Source of the DNA: Malacoraja senta
Lineage: Eukaryota
DNA length: 60,508 nucleotides
Direction of reading: 5' to 3'
NCBI GenBank assembly: GCA_038087875.1
Contig: JAXLNO010004401.1
Coordinates: 3,493 to 64,000 of the forward strand
In this document: positions 23,136 through 33,350 of the stretch, piece by piece
Layout of the letters: every line of letters starts with the position of its first letter
How positions within the stretch are numbered: position 1 is the stretch's first letter
Translations under genes and position numbers: made by a program
Notes under the pieces: model-generated
What the model saw: only the letters and a program-made list of their open reading frames with translations
What the model was told of the DNA's origin: nothing
The model's database searches: none

Positions 23136-23243
23136 AAGGAAATAGGAAGAAAGACAGGCACATAGGCCTTATTGCCGTGTGTGTGCTGATATTGCTGGCT
23201 ATTGTCTTGGCAGTAATTGTTTGGTGGAGAAAAAAGAGGAGAG
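23136..23243 (+). CDS. Connecting peptide, transmembrane and stop-transfer exon of the MHC class I-like gene
   Basis: Acceptor TTCTTATTTTTCAG and donor GTAAG; 108 nt, phase 1-1. Splicing to 20460 gives W-E-GNRKKDRHIGLIAVCVLILLAIVLAVIVWWRKKRR. Confidence 0.85.
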
Positions 23244-23499
23244 GTAAGATGGAAGAATTGTGATGCACTGTTGCTAGTAAAGGTATTGGGCTTGAAGAAA
23301 TTATCGATCTCAAGTAGGATAAGGCAGCAGCTACACCTGAAATGCCTCGACAGTCACCACTGTCAACTAGCCTTTGTGCTGTTGTTAAATGTTTCTGATC
23401 ATCAGATATTTAAGAATTGTGAATTCAGTGTAAAAATGTTTTATACATTATGGATTCACTGCCCCAAATCCTAGAAATATCAATGAGTCATTAAAAAGT

Positions 23500-23810
23500 A
23501 CAGCATGCAAGCAGTCCTTTCGGCCCGCCGTGTCCATGCCAACCACCAACCACCTGTTCTCATGAATTCTATCTCATTGCACCTTCTCATCCAGTCACCC
23601 ACCCACTAGGGGCAACTTACAGTGGACAATTAAACTATAAACTGACACATCTTAGGATGTGTGAGGAAACCGGAGTCCCTGGAGGGATCCAATGCGGTTA
23701 CACGGAGAACGTGCAAACTCCACATAGATGGCACTCAAGGTCAAAATTGAACCCGGGTCTGTGTAGCTGTGAGGCAGCAGCTCTACGAGATGTGACACTG
23801 TGCTGCTCTG
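23500..23810 (-). mobile_element. tRNA-derived SINE (HE1-like), diverged
   Basis: Antisense of the SINE core: GGAAACCGGAG...GAGAACGTGCAAACTCCACATAGA...GAACCCGGGTCT. Confidence 0.75.
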
Positions 23811-23883
23811 TTGGGGGCTCGCACTGTTCATGATCCAAGTCAGCTACGAGGCAGATTGGTTGCAGTTTAACATTTACTAGTTT

Positions 23884-24170
23884 TGTTTAGTTTAATTTAG
23901 AGATACAGTGACGAAACAGGCCCTTCGGCCCACCGAGTCTGCGCTGACCAGCGATCCCCGCACATTAACACTATCCTATACACGCACACCAAGCCAATTA
24001 ACCTACATACATGTACGTCTTTGGAGTGTGGGAGGAAACCTTAGATCTTGGAGAAAACACACGCGGTCATGGGGAGAACGTACAAACTCTGTACAGACAG
24101 CATCAGTAGTCGGGATCGAACCCGGGTCTCCGGTGCTGCAAGCACTGTAAGGCAGCAACTCTACCGCTGC
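23884..24170 (-). mobile_element. tRNA-derived SINE (HE1/V-SINE-like), near full length
   Basis: Antisense head GCAGCGGTAGAGTTGCTGCCTTACAG, B-box GGTTCGATCC and TCTAAA...AAAC tail. Confidence 0.9.
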
Positions 24171-25074
24171 ACACAGTAGCTGCCACCAAGGCCGCTGTTG
24201 CTGGAAAACTCAAAATTAAGTGGGAATGTGAGTAGTCGGAGAAATGGTTCAAGGTGGAAAGCCGAATGAATGAGCAACAACATGACAGGTGGAGTACAAT
24301 GTGAAACTGAGCCAGAGACCTGAATTAAATACCGACATCGGCTGTTGTATCTGTAGAGTTTGCATGTTGTTCCTGTGACCATGTGGGTTTCCCCTGGTGC
24401 TCTGGTTTCCTCCCACATCCCCAAAACATTGTTTGGTAGATTAGTTGTCCCCTAGATTGTGCATGATACAATGTGGGGAGAGCTGATGAGAATGTGGGAC
24501 AAATATAGGATTAGTGTACATGAATGGTTGGTGCAGGTCAGTGGGACGAAGGCCATGTTTGTATGCTGCATATTTCCATGACTATGATGTAGAAACATGC
24601 TGACTATTTTTGATTTATAAGATTGGGAAAGACTGTGAGGGACAGTGCTATAGTAACTCAGCAGGTCAGGCAACATCCCTGGAGACCATGGATAGGTGAC
24701 AATCTGGTTCGAGACTCTTCAAGCAAATTACAATGGGTATTCCTCCGCTTAAGTCTGATAGTAGTGTACAGATGCACCTCAACCACTGACTTGCTCAACA
24801 AGTGCTTAAATTAGTTGAATCAAAGTATGTTTGGAGTAACATGCAGCAGTCCTTAAAATCTACCATTTCCCAAATCCCAAGAGAGCTGGATGATCAGGGT
24901 TTTAGTGTAAATTCAGTCATCTATATCACTGATTTCTTGCCTGTGATCACACTGTTGTAAGATATATTCTGGTGATGAATTGCAGCTCACTTTCCTCCTG
25001 TGTAAAGGAGTTATTGTGTTGAATATAACAAGTGGAAGGGAAAGTCAGTGTATGATTTAGAGTTTGTACGTAAT

Positions 25075-25370
25075 GCAGCATTGTAGTGCAGCTGGTAGAA
25101 CTGCTGCCTCACAACGCCAGAGACCCAGGTTCAATCTGGACCTCGGGTACTGTCTACGTGGAGTTTGCACGTTCCCCTTGTGACTATGTTGGCTTCCTCA
25201 GGGAGCTCCGGTTTCCTCCCATATCCCAAAGATGAGCAGGTGTGCAGGTAATCATCCTCGGTAAGTCACCCTGATAGTGTAGGGGGTGGATGGGAAATCT
25301 ATTATGAATGGGTGATTGCTGGTTAGTATGGATTTGGTGGCACAAATGGCCTGTTTACACACTGTATCAC
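25075..25370 (+). mobile_element. tRNA-derived SINE (HE1-like)
   Basis: GGTAGAACTGCTGCCTCACAACGCCAGAGACCCAGGTTCAATC head and GGTTTCCTCCCATATCCCAAAGA core. Confidence 0.8.
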
Positions 25371-26089
25371 TGTTTTCAAGAGAGAGTTAGATTTAGCTCT
25401 TAGGACTAAGGGAGTCAAGGGATATGGGGAAAAAGCCAGATCGGAGTATTAATTTTGGATGATCAGCCATGATTGTATTGAATGGCGATGCTGGCTCAAA
25501 GGGCCGAATAGCCTATTCCTGCACCTATTTTTTATGTTTCTATCTTTCTATTAAATAAACTAAATTGGAAGACTGAAGGTATTGACTGATGCATCTTCAC
25601 GCCAGCTGTAAATGTCATAAACTGTGAGAATTGATTGCAAATGTTATACAATATTCTAAACTAAACTGGGTGATCAAAATGACAAGATGGATGAAGAGCA
25701 GTTTTCATTCAAATAACAGACGTGCAGCTTTCTCGAGCACTTGGCCTTGGTTGTGTAATATTTCCTCTTCAAAATACAATGTTCCCAGGCATTGCTGGTC
25801 TGAGACACCATTCAGTAAGTATATTTCCTGAAATTGAGATTCTGCTTTCATGGTATCAAGATGTCTAACAGCTCCAGCACCCAGATCAGAACCTTGCCAA
25901 AACTAAGAATGCAGCAACAATTTAGTCATTGAACATCAACGACATGCATATTTCAACTGAGGCAATGGTTAGCTTATTATCACTGTAAACCAGTCATGGT
26001 GATGGGTCTGCCATTGTGGTCATTATTAGTGAGGGTGATTAACTATCATTTAGCAGTGAAACGGAAAAGAATTGGCTTTTCAAGCCCAC

Positions 26090-26630
26090 GGAGCCATAGA
26101 GTCATAGGGCATGGAAATGGGCCCTTTGCCTCAACTTGGCCATGCCAACCAAGATGCCATGTTTAAACTACAATTTTCCTGCAATTGACCCATATCTGAC
26201 TGAACCTTTCCTATCTACAGTATGTACCTGTCCAAGCGTGTTCTAATATGTGTTTTAATACCTGCCTGAACTCCTTCCCCTGGAATGTTCTTCTATATTT
26301 CCACTTCCTCTGGTTCCGAGTAAATCGTTTCCTTCTCACCTTAAACCTAAGTCCTCTGGTTCTTGATTACACAAGGCTGGTCAAAAGAATCTGTGCATTC
26401 AATCTATCTATGCTCCTTGATTTTATAAACTTCTATAAGATCACCCCTCAGCCTCTTGCGTGCCAAGAACTAAAGTCCAAGCATTCTCATCCTCTCCCTG
26501 AATCACAGGCCCTGTTAATGACATCCTTCCGATAGTGGAGTGACCAAAACTTAACACAATACTCCAAATGTGGCCTCACCAACATCTTGTACAACTGTAG
26601 CAGAACATCCCAACTTTTTTATTCAGTACC
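26090..26630 (-). mobile_element. CR1 3' fragment, truncated at the L1 insertion
   Basis: CATAGAGTCATAG tail, GGCCCTTTGCC and antisense ORF2 remnant TCCAAATGTGGCCTCACCAAC. Confidence 0.75.
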
Positions 26631-29299
26631 TTTCTTTTAAAATCTTTTTATTGTTTTTTTTCCAAAAAACAAAAACAAAAATAAAACATAAAAAACAGAG
26701 CAAAAAGAATAATGATAAACATAACAATGGTATTGATACACAGGGATCAGGATTAAACACAATAATAACAGGTATAACCTAATATGAGACCAGTGTCAAA
26801 ATACACAATGAATATAGACCTCTCGGTCTCTATGTAAATATAGTTAAATCTTTAAAAGGAAACATAAATGTAAANNNNNNNNNNNNNNNNNNNNNNNNNN
26901 NNNNNNNNNNNNNNNNNNNNNNNNNNNNNNNNNNNNNNNNNNNNNNNNNNNNNNNNNNNNNNNNNNNNNNNNNNNNNNNNNNNNNNNNNNNNNNNNNNNN
27001 NNNNNNNNNNNNNNNNTGAACTGAGAAATTCAACAATTTAAGTCTGTTTGTCGTCAAGTCCGTTCCACCCTATGAAGGTAAAATAATTTTTATAACAGTT
27101 AAAGAGGGATCAATTTATGTTGTACGAATGCGTTCAATAAATTCCCCCCAAGTCTTATCAAATTTAACCAAGGGTTCAACAATGTCACTTCTGATTTTGT
27201 CTAAATTTAAACATGATATCGTTTCAGAATACCTTTGGAGTGTGGTCGGAGGGTTGGAATCTTTCCATTTAAAGAAAATAAATCGTCTGGCAATTAATGT
27301 GGTAAAAGCAATCAACCGATGGGCGGAGTGGGACAAATGAATATAATCTAACATTGGTAACCCAAAAATTGCAGTAATAGGATGAGGTTGTAAATCTATA
27401 CCTAAGACTACCGAAATAGTATCAAAGATTTCTTTCCAATATTTTTCCAAAAGAGGGCAGGACCAAAACATATGGGTCAGTGATGCCACTTCAGAGTTAC
27501 ATCTGTCACAGGTAGGATTTATATGACCATAAAAACGAGCTAACTTATCTTTTGACATATGAGCTCTGTGGACCACCTCGAATTGTATCAAATCGTGTCT
27601 TGCACACATTGAAGAGGTATTAACTAATTGAAGGATCCTCTCCCATTTCTCTCTAGATAAAGACATTTGGAGTTCTCTTTCCCAGTCATTCTTAATTTTA
27701 TCAAATGTATCTATTTGTAATTTTAAAATCAACTCATGAATAGTCGTTATTAATCCTTTCTGATAAGGGTTCGACTGTAAAAAAATTCCAAAATTTTGGG
27801 TTGATGTGGTAGCGGGAAAAGGGGTAGTTCCTTTTGTCTAATTTGTAAATATCCAAAAAAGTGTGAATTAGGTAAGTTATATTTATTGGAGAGTTGTTCG
27901 AAAGACATAAAACAACCCTCCAAAAACAAATCACAAAAAGCTACTAATCCCTTCCTCTTCCATAACAAAAAAACTTGATCAGTACTAGATGGTTGGAAGG
28001 GTAATTTGGATAAAATCAGATAGTCCAAAAAACTTACGAAATTGAAACCGTATTCGGAACGTATGTCTTATTATTGGGTTCGTCATATATTTATTCAATC
28101 TCGTAATTGTAAAAGGTACCGAGGTCCCTAGAATAGAAGCCAATTATAGCCCTTGTAATGAATCACGTTCTAGGTTTATCCATCCAGGGCATTGGGTATC
28201 TTCTAAATCTTTTGTCCAAAATGTTAAATAACGAACATTGACTGCCCAATAGTAGAGTCTATGGTTCGGCAATGCCAAACCGCTAACATTTTTTGATTTC
28301 TGTAGGTATTTTTTACCTAGTCTGGGATTTTTATTCTGCCATATATATGACGAGATTTTAGAGTCTATAATATCAAAGAAAGATTTGGCAATAAAAATTG
28401 GTATCGTCTGAAATAAATACAGAAATTTAGGTAAAATAAAAATTTTAATAGCATTGATTCGGCCAATTAAGGATAGGGACATTCGCGACCATTTAGTGAA
28501 CTGATGTTTAATATGGTCAATTAAAGGAATAAAATTAGCTTTAAATAAATCCTTGTGTTTCTTGGTGATCTTAATACCTAAATAAGTAAAACTTTCGGTA
28601 GTCAATCTAAATGGAAACTGTCCACAACTCGAAACAAAATTATTTAATGGGAAAGCTCACCCTTACTAAGATTTAGTTTATAACCAGAAAAACTACTGAA
28701 TTGATTAAGTAATGCTACTATTGCCGGAATAGATTTCTCAGGGTTAGAAATAAATAATAACAGATCATCTGCATAAAGAGATAGCTTATGTGTCTTATTC
28801 CTGCGGACAATACCAAAAATATTAGGAGGTTCCCTAATAGCAGTGGCTAAAGTTTCCAAAGCAATATCAAATAGTAAAGGACTTAAGGGACAGCCCTGTC
28901 TAGTACCTTGAAAGAGCCTGAAAAAAGGGAATCTCTGATTATTAGTAAATACAGAAGCCTGAGGTATAAGATATAGCAGTTTGATCCAAGAGATAAATTT
29001 TGGACCAATCTTAACTTTTTCAAGTATATTGAATAAGTATTCCATTCTACTCTATCAATAGCCTTCTCGGCATCAAGTGAGATGACACATTCTGGGGTTT
29101 TATTAGACGCTGTATATACAATATTTATTAATCTCCTAACATTAAAGAATGAGTAACGATTTTTAATAAAACATGTCTGATCTTTAGAGATAATTTGCGG
29201 TAAAATCTTTTCCAATCTCATAGGTAATATTTTGGAAGGAATTTTAAAATCTACATTTAACATTGATATCGGTCTATATGATGTCACTTCAGTAGGGGC

Positions 29300-29723
29300 T
29301 TTATCATTTTTTAAATTAAAGCAATAGAAGCTTCATAAAAATATTGTGGTAATCTATTGCTTAAAAAGGCATGGAGACAATAAATGTGAGAAATACTTTA
29401 AAAATTCTACTGTAAACCCATCTAAACCGGGAGCTTTACCAGAATTCATTGAAAACATTGCTTTCTATATTTCTTCTTCCGTGATGGGTTCATCTAACAA
29501 CAGAGACTCATTGTATGGTAAATTTGGTAAGTTCAGTTTCTTTAAAACCTCATGCATTATATTGGAATCAGTAGGAAAATCTGATTGGTATAGGGAGGTA
29601 TAAAAGTCCTGAAAGGATTTATTAATTTTGTCATGGCCTACAGTTACTGTACCATCCCGTTTACTCACTTTAGTAATCTGACGCTTGGCCGACACTGCTT
29701 TCAATTGATTAGCAAGTAATTTA

Positions 29724-29733
<10 letters not shown>
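29300..29733 (+). repeat. Left copy of a 434-bp direct duplication flanking element B
   Basis: Matches 32917-33350 at offset 3617; one substitution seen (AAAGCAATAG vs AAAGAAATAG). Confidence 0.95.
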
Positions 29734-29768
<35 letters not shown>

Positions 29769-32700
29769 TTTTTTATTGGAGATGCGTACACAACCTGGTT
29801 ACATCATTACAGTCTTACATTATTAAATTGATAATATTGTTAAATATTATTACAATGTCTCCAATACCTTTTGCTTTTTTTTTAAGGTAAATAGAACTAA
29901 AGAGANNNNNNNNNNNNNNNNNNNNNNNNNNNNNNNNNNNNNNNNNNNNNNNNNNNNNNNNNNNNNNNNNNNNNNNNNNNNNNNNNNNNNNNNNNNNNNN
30001 NNNNNNNNNNNNNNNNNNNNNNNNNNNNNNNNNNNNNNNNNNNNNNNNNNNGAAACATTTATTAAAATAGAAAACTTCATTCGAGATATATTCGTACATT
30101 TCTAGATATAGCGTTTCATCCATTCTTTAGCCCGGGTGCTAGTCAGGTTCCTGTGCTGAACTATTCTGGCCCTTTAGGTAGTCAATAAAAGGAGACCATG
30201 TTCCAACGAATAATTCCTGTTTATCCAACAGGGAGAGTCTGATTCTTTCCACATTTAAGGTCTCCGTCATTTCTATAATCCACATTTTAATTGTGGGGGT
30301 CGTAGGGCCTTTCCAAAATTTTAGAATTAATTTTTTTCCTGTTATTAAACTATAATCAATAAAGTTTCTTTGTGTTATTCTAAATGTTTGATTTAATTCT
30401 AATATTCCAAGTATTATTAATTTTGGATCTGGGTCCAATTTTGTGCTGGTTACTTTAGATATTATACTGAAAATATTTACCCAGAATTGTTTAATTTTTA
30501 TACAGTTTGCAAACATATGAGATAAGGTAGCTTCTAAATGTTGACATTTATCACATATAGGTGAGATATGTTGAAAAAATTTATGTAGTTTTGTTTTGGA
30601 ATAATGTAACCTATGTATTACTTTGAATTGTATTAGAGAATGTCTGGCGTTTAATGAACATTGATGTATGTGTTGCAAACTTTCTTCCCAAGTATCTTTC
30701 GTTATTATTTGATTTAATTCTTTTTCCCATGTTTGTCTATGTAAGTCCGTCGATGGAATGTCACTGTCTAATAAGATATTATATATATAAGATATTAATT
30801 TTTCTGTATGAGGATGTTTGTTCCAACATTCATCAAGAATTTCTGAATTTCTAATTCGAAAATTTTGAGTATTTGATTTTACATAATCTCTAAGTTGAAG
30901 ATATCTGAAGTAATCATTTCCTCGAAGTCCGTAAGTCTGTTGCAACTCCTGAAATGTCAGAAAAGTGCCTTCCTTGTAAAGTTGTCCCATATTTTTAATT
31001 CCATAATTCTTCCATTGTGTAAAACCCCCGTCCAACCATGAAGGCTTAAACAAAGGGTTATTCACAATTGGAAGAAAAAGTGATAAATTATCTAATTTTA
31101 ATGTCTTTTTTAATTGTTTCCAAATTCGTATAGCACTAAATATTATAGGGTTTTCCCTATAAATTTTTTTGTTTAATTTAGACGTAGCAAATAAAATCGA
31201 ACCGATATCAAAAGGTAAACAATCTTCCTTTTCCATTTTTAACCAGTCTGGCTGATGATCTATTTCTTCCAACCAGAAATTCATATTTTTAATATTAACT
31301 GCCCAGAAATAAAACAAAAAGTTGGGTAAAACCAAGCCTCCATTCATTTTTGATTTACACAAATGTCTTTTGTTTATCCTATGATTCTTATAATCCCAGA
31401 TGAAATCATTAACAATAGAATCCAGTTTTTTAAAAAAGGTTTTTGCCAGATATATCGGAATTGTCTGAAAAAGGTATAATATTTGCGGTAAAAAAATCAT
31501 TTTTATGGCATTAATTTTGCCTACCATTGAGATAGGAAGTGTTTTCCAGTATTGAATATTCTTATGTAGTTTATTTAGTAATGGTGGAAAATTTGCTTTA
31601 AATAATGATGTATATTTCTTAGTTATATAAATACCTAGATATTTAAATTTTTCCTTTACTATTTTAAATGGAAATTGTTGTATTATCTGTTTGTTATGTT
31701 CCCTTATTGGCATAATTTCACTTTTATTCCAATTTATTCTGTATCCTGAAAGTGAACCAAATTGGGTTATTAGCTTTAATAAGTTTGGAATACTAATTTC
31801 TGGTTTTGTAATGTAAATTAATACATCATCTGCGTATAAAGAAATTTTATTCACTGTATCCTTTGTGTTATATCCGTGTATTTCCGGATGCCCCCTGACT
31901 CTTTCTGCAAGTGGCTCAATAGCAAGCGCAAATAATAATGGAGATAACGGGCATCCTTGTCTACAACCTCTAGATAGACTAAATTTAGATGACAACCTTT
32001 GGTTTGTAAATATTCTAGCCGTGGGATTTGTATATAACAGTTTTATCCATGTACAGAATTTCTCCCCTAACTGCATATTTTCCATCACCGAAAATAAATA
32101 AGACCATTCGACCTGATCAAATGCTTTTTCAGCGTCAAGTGAGATTATTGCTAGATCTTCCTTAATATTTCTCTTGGAATATATAATATTAAATAATCTT
32201 CTTAGATTATAATATGAGTACCGCTTCTGAATAAAGCCTGTTTGGTCAGGGTGTATTAATTTATTCATCACTGTACTTAATCTATTCGCTAGTATTTTAG
32301 TTAATATTTTCTGATCTGTATTTAAAAGTGCGATTGCTCTATATGATCCCGGGTCTTCCGGATCTTTATCAGCTTTAGGAATAAGTGTTATTATAGATTC
32401 ATTTAAAGTGTCTGGAAGTTTCTGTTGAGTATAGATATACTCATACAATCTTTGTAAACGTGAGCAAAGCAAGTCATGACATTTTTTATAAAATTCGGAG
32501 CCTAAACCATCTGGTCCTACTGCTTTACCATTTTTTAAAGAGCCGATAGACTCCTCAATATCTTTTATGGTAATCTCCTTTTCTAATAATTCTCTATCGT
32601 TTGAATCTAAACCTTTTAAATTACATTTTAGTAAAAAATCTGCTATTTCTTCTGATTGTCCTACGGTTTTAGTTGAATAAAGGTTATGATAGTATTGGAG

Positions 32701-32916
32701 AAATCTATCATTTATGTCCTTAGGCATTTTTAATAATTCTCCTGTCTCTGTTCTAATTTTATGAATTATTTTTTCCCCTTCCATTTTTCGTAACTGACGT
32801 GATAATAGTTTTTGTGGTTTGTCTCCAAATTCAAAATGTAATTGTTTGGTTTTTTGATAAAGTTTTATTACTTGTTCTGAATACATTTTATTTAATTTAT
32901 ATTTTAATACAGCAAT
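29729..32916 (-). mobile_element. L1-clade element B, 5'-truncated and young, inserted in element A
   Basis: 35-nt poly(A) tail (T 29729-29763), 3'UTR with a gap, and an uninterrupted ORF2 fragment; a different family from A. Confidence 0.93.
30139..32886 (-). CDS. L1 element B ORF2 fragment (RT plus C-terminal Cys region, 915 aa, no endonuclease)
   Basis: GKAVGPDG, YRAIALLNTDQK, SLDAEKAFD, QGCPLSP, YADD, CDKC..HMFANC; no stops. Confidence 0.9.
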   Translation of the reverse strand: MYSEQVIKLYQKTKQLHFEFGDKPQKLLSRQLRKMEGEKIIHKIRTETGELLKMPKDINDRFLQYYHNLYSTKTVGQSEEIADFLLKCNLKGLDSNDRELLEKEITIKDIEESIGSLKNGKAVGPDGLGSEFYKKCHDLLCSRLQRLYEYIYTQQKLPDTLNESIITLIPKADKDPEDPGSYRAIALLNTDQKILTKILANRLSTVMNKLIHPDQTGFIQKRYSYYNLRRLFNIIYSKRNIKEDLAIISLDAEKAFDQVEWSYLFSVMENMQLGEKFCTWIKLLYTNPTARIFTNQRLSSKFSLSRGCRQGCPLSPLLFALAIEPLAERVRGHPEIHGYNTKDTVNKISLYADDVLIYITKPEISIPNLLKLITQFGSLSGYRINWNKSEIMPIREHNKQIIQQFPFKIVKEKFKYLGIYITKKYTSLFKANFPPLLNKLHKNIQYWKTLPISMVGKINAIKMIFLPQILYLFQTIPIYLAKTFFKKLDSIVNDFIWDYKNHRINKRHLCKSKMNGGLVLPNFLFYFWAVNIKNMNFWLEEIDHQPDWLKMEKEDCLPFDIGSILFATSKLNKKIYRENPIIFSAIRIWKQLKKTLKLDNLSLFLPIVNNPLFKPSWLDGGFTQWKNYGIKNMGQLYKEGTFLTFQELQQTYGLRGNDYFRYLQLRDYVKSNTQNFRIRNSEILDECWNKHPHTEKLISYIYNILLDSDIPSTDLHRQTWEKELNQIITKDTWEESLQHIHQCSLNARHSLIQFKVIHRLHYSKTKLHKFFQHISPICDKCQHLEATLSHMFANCIKIKQFWVNIFSIISKVTSTKLDPDPKLIILGILELNQTFRITQRNFIDYSLITGKKLILKFWKGPTTPTIKMWIIEMTETLNVERIRLSLLDKQELFVGTWSPFIDYLKGQNSSAQEPD

Positions 32917-33350
32917 TTTATCATTTTTTAAATTAAAGAAATAGAAGCTTCATAAAAATATTGTGGTAATCTATTGCTTAAAAAGGCATGGAGACAATAA
33001 ATGTGAGAAATACTTTAAAAATTCTACTGTAAACCCATCTAAACCGGGAGCTTTACCAGAATTCATTGAAAACATTGCTTTCTATATTTCTTCTTCCGTG
33101 ATGGGTTCATCTAACAACAGAGACTCATTGTATGGTAAATTTGGTAAGTTCAGTTTCTTTAAAACCTCATGCATTATATTGGAATCAGTAGGAAAATCTG
33201 ATTGGTATAGGGAGGTATAAAAGTCCTGAAAGGATTTATTAATTTTGTCATGGCCTACAGTTACTGTACCATCCCGTTTACTCACTTTAGTAATCTGACG
33301 CTTGGCCGACACTGCTTTCAATTGATTAGCAAGTAATTTACCAGATTTTT
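32917..33350 (+). repeat. Right copy of the 434-bp direct duplication
   Basis: Matches 29300-29733, including the same inactivating stops of element A. Confidence 0.95.

Noticed and set aside
25008-25061. Candidate cytoplasmic-tail exon (GVIVLNITSGRESQCMI)
   Set aside because: Short open frames after an AG occur by chance; nothing distinguishes it without transcripts.
25606-25634. Alternative candidate terminal exon (AVNVINCEN)
   Set aside because: Plausible acceptor but too short to support.
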